Assembly (NCBI GenBank): GCA_965202585.1
Contig: OZ241826.1
Location: 96,534,001-96,598,000, forward strand
Origin: Thalia democratica
Taxonomy: Eukaryota
Direction of reading: 5' to 3'
DNA length: 64,000 nucleotides
Shown: positions 51,545-63,646 of the stretch, one piece after another
Numbering within the stretch: the stretch's first letter is position 1
Layout: each line of letters begins with the position of its first letter
The notes under the pieces: generated by a model
Databases searched by the model: none
What the model saw: the letters and a program-made list of their open reading frames with translations, nothing else
Told to the model about the DNA's origin: nothing
Translations under genes and position numbers: made by a program

Positions 51545-52270
51545 ATGGGACAGTTTTAATCAAAATCATTAGTACAATATCTTGTCATGCATAAGGCAAG
51601 GTTTATAGAAAAAGACGACTTTTGCTAAAAATACGTCGCTTCTAAATAGTTTTATTTATAAATGTCGCCATTTGGATTTATTACTAAATTATTCTAATAT
51701 CATAACATTTAAATGGAAGAATGATTGAATTTCAAACTTTTTACTAACAGACATCATCTAGCACTAGTTTGATATAATCTAGTCAGTTATGTAGATGAAG
51801 ATATAAGTATAATTTTTAAGTATATTAATTAGTAAAAAACAGAAGAAAAGTAACTTAAATGAGTCTATCTTTGCACAATAAACTCCAATAATAATAATAA
51901 TAAAATGCACGAATTTTTATTTGCAAAACTTTAATGATTTCTAAAATTAAGAAAAAAATTGCTGAAAAGCATATTTTTAATTTGTAAATATGCTCGCATT
52001 ATTTTAATCCCGTAGTGACGTCATTCAATTTCCAGTAACAGCAAACTTTTTATTATGATATTTAAAGATTAGAAATTTAACATCTAACAAATGTTAATAT
52101 TTATATCATAAGTTTTTGCTTATTTTGAGTGCAAAATTTTGACATTACTAAGTTTGTTATAGAATATTGGTAGTGTTATTAACTGTGATTCAGGGTTAAA
52201 TAAATACTTTATTTGTTTCAAATATTTCGAAAAATCATTTTTAATTGATCATCTATTTTATTTTAATAAC
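51545..52270 (+). repeat. TGACGTCA-bearing repeat family, copy 2
   Basis: See copy 1; TGACGTCA at 52016. Confidence 0.8.
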
Positions 52271-53289
52271 GTTTTAAGTTGTACACTTGAATTTTCGTTT
52301 AAAGGTTGTACAAAGAGCTTTTTCAGATTATTGAAACTAACTAAATATTCATTCTAAGTTAAACCATCTAAAAAGTTAAGTTTATAATTTTAACTATTAT
52401 GTTCAATAAATTCAATAGGTTCACATACACTTTCGAGTTCGAAACTTGCTGAAAATATCAAAATCTTTTGAAGCTTACAACTCACCAGCGACAAGTGGTT
52501 GTGATGTAAAAAAAAAGTTAAAACGTGAGCCTTGTTTCATTTTATTTTTTTTAGTATTTTTGTAGTCAGGAATATTTCTAAAGAAATACTGGAATTTTGT
52601 TATATTTCTTAATCACAAACCATTTTTAAATCTAAATGCCTATTTTTATTAGACTGTACAGCTAGCACTTATTAACTGTTATAATATATTACTAGTAATT
52701 TACAATAAGTGTAACTAAAATTAACAAACTTAATTCATTTACACCATATAAAATGAAGCAGATATTATGAGATACTAAGCACTTATTCTTATCATTAAAC
52801 CTATAACAATATTAGGTAAAGTTATTTAATAACGTTTTCAAATTAGAAGTTCTATATTTTAACTTTTAACTCCAAACCCCGAAAAACAGTAGTTTGTTAT
52901 TAACAAAATTATATTACGTTAAAAATGATTGAAGTTTATAACTTTAATTATAAACTTAACTTTCAGACGGTTGAAGTCTTAAAAGCATTTAACTACAATT
53001 TTTACATTAGGCAAAAGTATAAACATTTTTTGGAAAGTTTTTCTTAATTTAAGGTGTTATGCAGCAACATTTTATAGCTAAACTTGTTTTTCTTAAAAAC
53101 TTTTACTATTACAACATTGCATAAAAATTTAAACGGAAAACTTTGATTTGAAATTAAAATCAGCACGCTGTTAAGAGCATACTATTAGTACTATATTTGT
53201 TTTTTTAGACAGTTTGTTTTATTTATTCCAGTTTTGTATAAGTATTTTTAAGCTAGATTGATTGAAATTAATGCTATGCGACATACATC

Positions 53290-54070
53290 TAAAGTGAAAA
53301 TTATGAGTGCAATATCTTGTCATGTACTAAGCAGGGTTTTTAGAAACAGTCAATTTTTTCTAAAAATACGTCATTTCTAAATATTTATATTCATAAATGT
53401 CTTACATTTGAAATGATGCTAAAATTATTCAATAAAATAGTATTTTAATGGTATAAAAAATATATTTATTTATTGAATTTCAGTTTTTTTTCTTTTAGAA
53501 TTCATCTAGCACTTTTTTGATATAATCTAATCAGTTACGTAAATAAAGATAAAAATTTTAAACGCTTCTAAGTTTTATAATTAATAAAATAAGTTGGAAA
53601 AAAAAGACTCAAAATGTACTAATTTTTAGTTGCAAATTTCGATGAATTTTAGTTTCAAATTAAAGTTCGCTGAAAAGTTGAATGAATCAATTAAAATGCT
53701 CGCATTATTTTAATCCCGTAGTGACGTCATTAAATTTCCAGCAAAAGCTAACTTTCCGATTTAATATATAACGATACGAAAATTATACTAATTTAATCTT
53801 AATATTTTATATCGGAAAGTTAGCTTTTACTAATTTTTAGTGCAAAATTTTGCACATTATTAAGTTTATTAAAGAATATCAGTAGTGTTATTAAATGCGA
53901 TTCAGGGTTGAAAGAATATTTTTTTATTTCAAGTATTCTAAAAAATAATTTTAAGTTGATCTTCTCTTTTTTTTATAACAATTAAAGTCGTATATTTAAA
54001 TTTATTATTTAAAGGTCGTACAATGAGTTTTTTCAGAATGTTCAAATAAAGTAAATATTCATTGTAAGCT
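53290..54070 (+). repeat. TGACGTCA-bearing repeat family, copy 3
   Basis: See copy 1; TGACGTCA at 53722; perfect 18-bp inverted repeat 53743-53760 / 53811-53828. Confidence 0.8.
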
Positions 54071-54626
54071 TTGTAAAAGTTTGGCAAATTACATCAAATT
54101 CCTAAAATTCAATCTGGTAAAATATTTTAATTTTCAAAAAAAAATTAAATAAACCTTGCGTTCATTGGATTGTTTAATAACCTCACTACGGGATTAAAGC
54201 AAAAATTATCAATTTTGTGAGCATTTGTTAACTTATCTAAAACCAGCCAATTCTTGTTCATTTCCAAATATATTTATATGGAAAAAGTGAACAGTTTTAA
54301 TTTAAGAATATTTTAAACGAATTTTCGAATTGTAAAACCAAGAAAAAAAAGTACATTACTTCTTGAAAAAAAGACATAACTTCACGATAATACTTAATTA
54401 TGAATAAAAACTGTTTGTTTGTAAGTTTTAAGTTTTTTCTTTCAGTAAGTTGTAAAAATAAAAGTAAAAAATTTAAAAAACGAGAAACTGATTAAAAAAA
54501 AAATTAAACTTTTCAAGATGGTTATATTCATTATTAAGTCAAAATTAAAACCGTTACGAAATGTTTTCTTAACAAACAAATACTTCACTATCTGCAAAAA
54601 TATCTAATTATTATATTGTTTATTGA

Positions 54627-54725
54627 ACGAAAAAAAAAGCGCTCAAATATTTGGTCCGAGGACCTAAAACCTTTCGGTTATCGAGCCATACACCAGAATA
54701 CAGTTTAAGTTTAATTCCGGGACAG
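54627..54725 (+). repeat. Dispersed GGTCC-NN-GGACC repeat, copy 3
   Basis: aaaaagcgct...tttggtccgaggacc...tatcgag...caccagaatacagttt matches copy 1. Confidence 0.7.
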
Positions 54726-54829
54726 TAAAATAGCAGATTTGTGAAAAAATGTTTTTATATACATAAGTATTTTTTAAGTTATTTAATATACATTTAATCT
54801 AGTATATTTTTTTAATTTATATACTTTAC

Positions 54830-54921
54830 CACAGCAAGCCAGATAAACTAGTGACGTCACCCATTCAAGAGATTATGATGCAACAAGTTCAAGTTTACCG
54901 AAGTATGAAACAACTGAAATG
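54830..54921 (-). pseudogene. Exon-like segment with in-frame stop, unidentified hydrophobic protein
   Basis: Acceptor ttctttataag, donor gtaaag; ISVVSYFGKLELVAS*SLEWVTSLVYLACC; other two frames also closed. Confidence 0.35.
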
Positions 54922-56679
54922 CTTATAAAGAAAAAAAAAACTTAAAATGTTTTAAACCTCACTAAAAAACGAACTGACAAGTAAACTCAAATACATTGAT
55001 TTGTTACGATTAAAACAAAAATATTAAAACAAACAAAAATTTTTTCATCTAAAACAACTTTAATCAAAAACTACTTTATTAGAAATAACTGACTTGTAGT
55101 AATTAAAAAAATATCACGTGGATTATTGTTTATATACTTTTTGTTAACATTGTAATAATTAAACGGTAAACAGTTAATATAGCAACAATAAAAATTTAGT
55201 GTTTTATAGTTCAGTACAAAAAAAAAAAACAAACACTGTTGTCATGGTAGTAGAATAAAAATGAACATAAAATTAATTATTAATAAATTCGACAAAAAAA
55301 AATTTAAGTCCAAATTTTACGGAGATACTTAAATTTTTTATGTTAAAAAATTTTTGTTTTGGTTTTTTTACACAAAAAACCAAAGTATTTTTTGTTGTTT
55401 ACCTAGTAAACCTCTAAAACTTTGTGGAAAACCTCAAGATATAATTAGAAAGTTTCAAGTCAACAGCTGAAAAAATAATGGTTAAAGTTTTAAAATAATT
55501 TTCAATAATGCATTTGTATTTAATTTTAACTGTATTCTACCATAGTTTTTTTAATACCATAAATAACTTATTTTTGAAAGCTCAACAAATAATTGTTTTA
55601 GAGTGGCTTCATTTTCATAAGCAAACATTTGTATCTGCCTAACATTTACAAGGTGTTACAACAAAAAAAAACAAATTTAAAGGTAAATTTAAAATTTCTT
55701 ATATTCAACTTTAAAAAAAGCTTACTTATATTATAAAAATTACATCAGGCTAAAACATTTCAGTAAGTTACAACTTAAAATAAAAACTTAAGTTTATTTT
55801 TTTATAGTTAGTCTATAAGTTCAATAAAAATAATGTACTATATTCTTGAACAACTTTAAAACAATCTTTTTGAAAAAACTTAAATATTATGCTTGATTGC
55901 ATTTAGTATTAGAAGTTCGACGCAATTTAGGCCAACTATACTAATTTAAGATTTTCATATTTTGTAACATTCTTTATTTTTATTTCAACTTGACAGTTTT
56001 CCATCGTCATAAGACTTGTTTACAACTATAAAACTGACATTAATCAATCAGTTACTTTTTACATCATTCGAAGAAAAATCAAATCGTTATAGCTTAAATT
56101 ATTTCAAGTATTAATTAAACTACTTGAAAATGCTTGTTAAATTTGTTACATAACATCCAGATCCTTACTTACCAGCGCCATAAATAATGACACCACATTT
56201 TTCACACACTAAAACTTTTGTGGTGAAATGAGATTCAGTTCGTTAACAATGAGTATTTAATTTAAATACAATTATGTTAAAAGAAAATAATTTTGATAGC
56301 AACAATAACGGATTGTTTTAAATGGTACAAATTTGTTCATAAGTTTTTTAAAATTTAAAGAAACATCACAATTTCGAAGTGATTAATGACGATTATGTTT
56401 ACATAAATAATTATTACAGAGACCAACAATTAAAAAAATTACCAAGACATGTTTAAAACTTCAAAAATTTTATTTATTTTCAAATCGTTGTTAGTTTTTT
56501 TTTTTTTTTTAATGTGAAAAACTTTAAACTCATACTATTCTTCGATTTAATTTACATCTTTAAAGGTTTAAGTTCAAAAGTTTTCTTTGCAAGAGCTAAA
56601 GGTAATAATAGTTTAAAAAGTTAACCTAAAAACTACTTGCTTAATGTTTTTTCACCAGAATCAATAGTCCGTATTTCGT

Positions 56680-56900
56680 CTGCTAGATTCTTCGATCGAG
56701 CAACTCGGGGTCTGCATCTTTGAGAAATGGAAAGTCGATGGGAGAACAGCTTTCAGGGCTCTCCCACCGACTAAAACTATGACGTCACACGCACAGCCAT
56801 GACGTCATAAACCACCAGCAGAAGAAGGGAAATTTCACGTACTAATACAAAGTCATTAACGAGTGCAAACTGGCAAACAATAGCTCTCATTGGTCAACAA
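56680..56900. promoter_or_regulatory. GC-richer promoter-like block with two CRE sites and a CCAAT box
   Basis: TGACGTCA at 56780 and 56800, ATTGG at about 56890, CpG retention against an AT-rich background. Confidence 0.45.
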
Positions 56901-57259
56901 AATAATTTCGAGGTTTTTTTACAGATTATTTATTAAAGTATATGAATTTTTTATTATTATGCCCCACAATTATTTTTATTTGTTAGTAAAATATATATTT
57001 AATTTGTTAGCAACAAAAGAAAAGTTTTTGCTAGATTTAAGTAAGTAAATATTTAGCTCGAATTTAATTTGTCGAGCACTATCGATCAGAACTTTTTATA
57101 AAACCTTTAATACTTATTTTGTTATTATCCCCCACACTGAATCAACAATTGATAAGGGAAGGTTGGTAAGAAAACTTAGCTTTTAGCGTATATAGAGTTT
57201 TAAACAAGTTAAAAATATTACAACATAATACAGCAGACTCAATTATATCGTAAAGCTGT

Positions 57260-58695
57260 TTATTTTATTGCATTGAAATTGTCAAATAACTGATGAAAGC
57301 TTTGTAAATTATACTTTGGTTTATATTTCACTTAACAGTTGTTTATCAGGTATATTATAATCTTTCTGATTTGATGTTACAACATAAGTTATGTTACTTG
57401 CGCAAAGCTAATCAATTTTTTTTCCTTAGGCCAAATATTGGTGTCATTAACATAAACAATCATCAATAAAACAAGTTTACAACGCTTTTTAATAGAAGCT
57501 ACTTTTTCATAAAAGCATTTTACTTCTTAGTGTTTCAAAACGATTACTTCAAATTTTTTTTTTAAAGTCTTTTATAAGTAACTTATTCAAAAAAAGGTTT
57601 TCAATCAAATTTTGTATTTTTGCTTCTTTGTTGTTTGCTAATTACACGTTTAAATATTCAGGAGCTTTAAGAATAAGCTTAGATACTTATGCTTAAGTTT
57701 AAATATGTACATTTATAAGAATAAACTAAGTTATATAAAAAAATGTCACCAAATCTAAAATAAATATTTTCAACACTTATAGACAGTAATAAACGATGTA
57801 TTCTTCAAAAATACCTTAAAGAAATTATTTATAAAATTTATTTAAGTACATTTGTGAATTATAATGTTATCACTTAAAATGACACTTTTTGTTTTCACAA
57901 AAAGTTATCACCTAAAGTTGTTTGTAAGATAATATTTTGAGTTTTTTAATTTGAAAACTTATTATCACCGGTAAATATCACTTATTATTTTATTGCATTG
58001 AAATTGTCAAATAACTGATGAAAGCTTTGTAAATTATACTTTGGTTTATATTTCACTTAACAGTTGTTTATCAGGTATATTATAATCTTTCTGATTTGAT
58101 GTTACAACATAAGTTATGTTACTTGCGCGAAGCTAATCAATTTTTTTTCCTTAGGCCAAATATTGATGTCATTAACATAAACAACCATCAATAAAACAAG
58201 TTTACAAAAAAGCTACTTTTTCATAAAAGCATTTTACTTCTTAGTGTTTCAAAACGACTACTTTAAAGTTTTTTCTTAAGTGTCTTTTATAAGTAACTTA
58301 TTCAAAAAAAAGTTTTCAATCAAATTTTGTATTTTTGCTTTTTTGTTGTTTGCTAATTACACGTTTAAATATTCAGGAGCTTTAAGAATAAGCTTAGATA
58401 TTTATGCTTAAGTTTAAATATGTACGTTTATAAGAATAAACTAAGTTATATAAAAAAATGTCACCAAATCTAAAATAAATATTTTCAACACTTATAGACA
58501 GTAATAAACGATGTATTCTTCAAAAATACCTGACAGAACTTATTTATAAAATTCATTTAAGTACATTTGTGAAATATAATGTTATCACTAAAAATTACAC
58601 TCTTTGTTTTCACAAAATATTATCATCTAAAATTGTTTGTTTTATAGTATTTTGAGTTTGTTAAAAAAATTGAAAACATATTATTACCGGTATAT
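57260..58695. repeat. Recent tandem duplication, 725-bp period
   Basis: 57260-57975 and 57985-58695 are near-identical with scattered substitutions and small indels; an older paralog lies at about 60060-60420. Confidence 0.95.
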
Positions 58696-59634
58696 TTTAT
58701 GAACTCAAGCTTGTGATAGATGATTTTAGTGACTGAAAATGTAAGATTTGACTGAACAAATATGCGTCAACAATTATGGTAATTATTTTCAAAAAATTCT
58801 CAAATAAATTAATGAAAATGCTCGCATTATTAATCCTATAGTGACATTATTCAACTTTTTACTTAAAACAAACTCTTAGTATAAATATTTTATATAAAGA
58901 CTATCTAAAATAAGACATTAATTAGTTTTATTTATAGAGGTCGCATATTAGGAGTATTTTACATTTTAACAAAGTGAAAATAAAAAATCTATTAAGACAA
59001 CTAGCAATATCCTAATTTTCCAACAAGTCTAAATAGTTGTTTTTTAGTGTTTAAAAGTCAATATTTTTAGTAGTTTAAATTTAAGTTCTATAATAATTGT
59101 CACAAGTCCGCAAAAGCTAATTATTCATTAGGTTATGTATCTAAATTTTACAGAAAAAACTAAAATAGTTGTCAAGATAATAACCAAAATGTTTATTAAC
59201 CAGTTTACATGCTTTTGTTTTATGTAAAGTGCATCTAAAGTAAAATTCAGTTTACTAACGATTGAATAAATTGAAAAATAGTTAAACCAAATTCTATCTA
59301 CACTTTTACTTTTTTTAGTTATAAATCCAATTTTTTTAATTACATTATTGTTGATGGAAATTACTGTGGTTATTAATTAATTTATAAAAATCTGGAACCT
59401 TTTGTTTTATTCAAGACAATTTTTGTCAATTAAACAAAAACTTTCAGCTTTTTTGTATGTTTATGGTAAATTGAGTACTTTTCTATTTTGAACTGCGATA
59501 TATTAAACCGCACATCTTTATTTTTTCAGTAAGGATTATCGGCCGCGGTAAGGTGGAGGGTATTTAATTAAAACAAAATGTTTTATAATTTCTCTATTAA
59601 AATTAACTTGATTAAAAATTTCAATACTTTTTAT

Positions 59635-59870
59635 CTGCTAGATTCTTAAACCGAGTAGCTCGCGGTCAACATCTAGGAGGAGGAGAGCTGCAAGGGATGA
59701 CAGGATAGCGCTCCAGGCACCTACGTACGCGCAACTATGATGTCACACTCAATGATGACGTCATAAGCGCCACCAGACGTCATAGACAACAAGCAGAAGA
59801 TAACGTAATCAACGAATGCAAGCTGACGAGCGAGAGCTCTCATTGGTCACCAATGACGAGGTTCGTAATC
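59635..59870. promoter_or_regulatory. Paralogous promoter-like block
   Basis: Collinear with 56680-56900 (tctgctagattctt, actatga(c/t)gtcacac, atgacgtcataa, gctctcattggtca); TGACGTCA at 59756. Confidence 0.45.
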
Positions 59871-60885
59871 ATAAAAAAAGGTCTTTTGTGGGAAACATCT
59901 GAAACTTAATTAACATCTTCCATCGTTTTATCACAACTGGGAGATTTTTCAATTTGATTGCTTTTAATAGAAAAGTACTATAGCACATAAAGAGCTTTAG
60001 AACAAATAAGGAATGTTGCAAAAGAAATATGCCAGTTGACGAAATTTTTATTCGAAAGATTTTTGCTCAGACCATATATTAATGTCATTGAAATAGAAAA
60101 CCATTGTCATTAAAATTTTTGAAAAACTTTTTTTTTGTCAAAGCATTTTACTTCTTTTTCATTGCTTGAATTTTTTTTTTAAAGTTTGTTTTTAGTATGT
60201 TAAATTAATAATTTAATCAAAAAATAGATTTTTTGTATTCCTTTTTTTCTTTAATACTAATTATACCTTTAAAGATTAAGCAACATTAGGATTAGCTTAG
60301 TATAATTATGTTTGCATTTTAAAATTATTTGTTTATTAGAACAAATTAAAGTTAAAATAAACTCACAAAACCAGAAATAAATTTTTTTAACACCTATAGA
60401 CAGTAATAAACGATGTAATTTAAAATAGAACTTGCTTGATTTGTTTATTAAAGTGTAATAAATATCTTAAGTAGAATGATCTCATCTTCATTATTAAAAC
60501 TTTAAAATCACACCATCAAAAAATTAACAATTCTGTATCATTGTTTTTAGTGCTTGCTTGCAGTCTCTGGCATGTCTTTTTTTTCCTTTACAACACTAAA
60601 TTGAACATTATCACAATATGAAACCAACCCTAAGAACTTATAGAGTTGTTTTTAATATTGTAGTCTGATTAACAATATAACACCTTCCTAATCGTCCTCA
60701 GAATAAAACCAAATCTTTCGAGTTCATAGATGCTACCGATTTCTGGTGACTCAAATATTGTTTTGTTTCTTACAATTTTTATATAAAACTAATAGTATAG
60801 TAATAAGATTGATAGTTTTAATTTTTTAATAAATATAGGTTTAGATAAGATACTCGCTAAGATTTTCGATAACTTTTTATTTAGA

Positions 60886-60928
60886 TAAATAAATAAATAA
60901 ATAAATAAGTATATATATATATATATAT
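60886..60928. repeat. (TAAA)n + (TA)n simple repeat
   Basis: Directly visible. Confidence 0.9.
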
Positions 60929-61377
60929 CTAGCTCTGCTGTAAAGTTGTTACAATTTTTCCTTCATGTTATGTTAGATATAAATTTTAAACTAATTTTTA
61001 AAAACCAATTAAGATTAATATAATTCTTAGTTTGTAATTAGTGTACACTTTCTACATTTAGTAATGTTTGTATTAAATTTATAGTAGCTCTTTTGTATAA
61101 TTTAGAATGTAAACAACACTTTGCATTTGTTTTTTATAACGTAATATAATCTGTTTTCAGTTTTAGATGTATCCTGTTTTAATTTTCTAAGTATATATGG
61201 TATTTACAAGATATTTATTTACAAATGTATGTTTACATATGTACTGTTCATTTAAATTATACTTATTTTTGTGGGACATAGAAGAACTTTAGCTTAAAAT
61301 TTTCTCCCCTGGCTCATTACTTTCTCAATGATATAAGCTACTGAGTTTATAAGCTCATTTAGGTGTTAGTTCATAAG

Positions 61378-61560
61378 TGGCAGCTTAGCTTGGTTAGTTA
61401 GGTCATTGTGCTGGTCATCCAGTGGTTGTGGGTTCAATCCCCATGACAGTCACCAAAGTGTCAATACACTTTGCATCATGCTCTTGATTAAGCCCATACT
61501 GGGTGGTAATAACATATCACCGAGTGTGGTTTAATCAGTGGTAAGATAGCAAAACATCTT
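61378..61560 (+). mobile_element. tRNA-derived SINE-like element / pseudo-tRNA
   Basis: A-box-like tagcttggttagtta; T-arm gtggg-ttcaatc-cccat; mismatched acceptor and anticodon stems; followed by a GC-richer body. Confidence 0.6.
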
Positions 61561-63646
61561 CAAAATGACATATTTTTTGTTGTTGTAAGTTTTTGTTTGT
61601 TTTATTTAAAGCAATAAATATATAAATACTTATGAGTATGACCGGTAGGAATGTTGTTTCGAGCATCACTTCTTCTAAATTTTTTAAGCTGATTTCAAAT
61701 TTAAGAAAAATTGATAGACAAAAAACAAACAGCTTTAAATAGTTTTCAATTAACTTTTTTGCGTAAGTATGTATAATTTTTAACCTATTAATCTGGTATT
61801 TATCATAATATGGTAGAAGTAGTTACAAGTTTAAGTTTTCTAAATAAATAAAAAAATTACAATGTTTATTAAAAGTTCTCTCCTATTAACGATTTTAACT
61901 GGCTACATATATCAATAGATTGTTATGTAGATATACTTCTGAAATATTAAATTTAATAAAAAATAACACTAAATTTTCTTAAAATAAGTGTTTTTATGTT
62001 TTTTGATATAATTTTGTTGTAGTTCATTTAATATTATAACAAGTTAATTTTTTAATTGTTAAAACTAATAAATTTTTCTAAAACAAAAAAAAAACTTTAC
62101 ATGCAAAAATTGAGAAAAATGGGCATTTTTCAAATGAAATATTTCCCTCTGTTAGCTATGAAGTTAAAATTGTTTAAGGTTACTAATTTTATTTCATAAT
62201 ATCAAAAGTTAAAAAAGACTTATGTCAATATCTTGATGAAGAATAGGTATTTTGACAAATAAGGCCTATTAAACATGTTCATAAACATTGATATTTTACC
62301 TCCTTATTAAATGGTATTAAGAAAAACGAAATACAAGATACAACTAAATAAAATTTTGGCAAAATTAAAATGGTAATCATAACTATATTAAAGTTTACAA
62401 ACTTAAACATTTAAACTGCTCTAGTTTCTCAATAAAAAGTCTAAAAACTTTTTAAGTATTCAGTTTAGAAATTAATCATTCAGCCATTTAAATTTAAGTA
62501 ATGTTTATTGAACAACAGAAATAAAAGAGTTTAAAATAGTTTGCCCTCGTACTTGGTGCACAAAAAATTGAATCTAACTTAATAAGTTCAATGTAATTTT
62601 TTTAGGCTTTTAGTTTTTGAGTGGCCATACAAATATTGCTACTTTTATTATTTTTGAAAAACTGATTAAGTTTTGATTAGCTTTTTTACACTTTTATCAA
62701 TTAACTCTAAACTAGACTACTTTTTTCCTCTGTTTTAAATGACAATACTGAAAAGTAAATGAAAATGTTGCGAAAAAAATGTAAGACTTGTATTTTTGAA
62801 ATATGATGCAAAGTTTTCTTATATAAAAATATGTTAAGTAAAATAAAACTTGTAAAATCAGGTTCTTGCATAGGTTTGATGCACACTGCAAGCGTATCTT
62901 GAACTAATTAAAAAAATTATCTCAAAATAAGTGTATGAAATAAAAGAAAAACTCTTAAACAGAATAGTATCTTAGTTCGGTGCCTATACAGTAAGTGCAT
63001 TTTTTGTTTGTACCTAGCTGGCAGTCGAAAAACTCAGCAGTTCGTTCTATTTTTATGAGATAGTTTTTCAAATTATTTTTTAAAGCTTAACTTTGCTATT
63101 GAAAAATTTTTAGAAATGACCCGTTAAACGACAAAGTCAAGTGTTGTACTTAGAAGAGTTTTTTTCTTTAGGTCATTTATGCTGTTTACATAAAACGTTT
63201 CGTCAAGTAAAGTAGTTAAACTCAAATGAAAGATTAGAGTTCTTAACTTATTACTTGTGTAAGTGTATGTTCTATGTACAAAAAGTAATCTTCTGGGTAT
63301 ATGTTTTAAACTTTTAGATTTTAAACTTTTAGTGAGTGATGCAAAGGAAACAGTTTCACTTTGTTTCTGCAAATCATATATTAGAATAAGCATGCTGATT
63401 AAATATTCACAGTAAACAACTTCGCTACATTTCTACTACAAAGCATGAGTTTTTTTTTAGTAGAGGGCTTTCGTTAGTTAAAAAAATTATTTAGCCTGCT
63501 ATCTTGTTGATAAGTAACAGCTAATTTAACTGCAATTCTTGAAGTCTACTAATCGAGAATTTTTAAACAAGCTTCAATAAAAAAAGTGCTTTATAAATAG
63601 TAACTAACTTCTTTAGGGTATTGAGTTAAATAAAATGAATCCGACG

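Noticed and set aside
4372-54875. Reassigned TAA (non-standard genetic code) explaining in-frame stops
   Set aside because: TAA ends the PLE ORF and the gene B model at plausible positions, and the RPL7A stops come with frameshifts, which indicates decay.
60560-63100. Possible minus-strand exons (about 60683-60770 IFESPEIGSIYELERFGF; about 63005-63085 IKIERTAEFFDCQL)
   Set aside because: Could not chain them into a consistent model or recognise the product; too weak to list as features.
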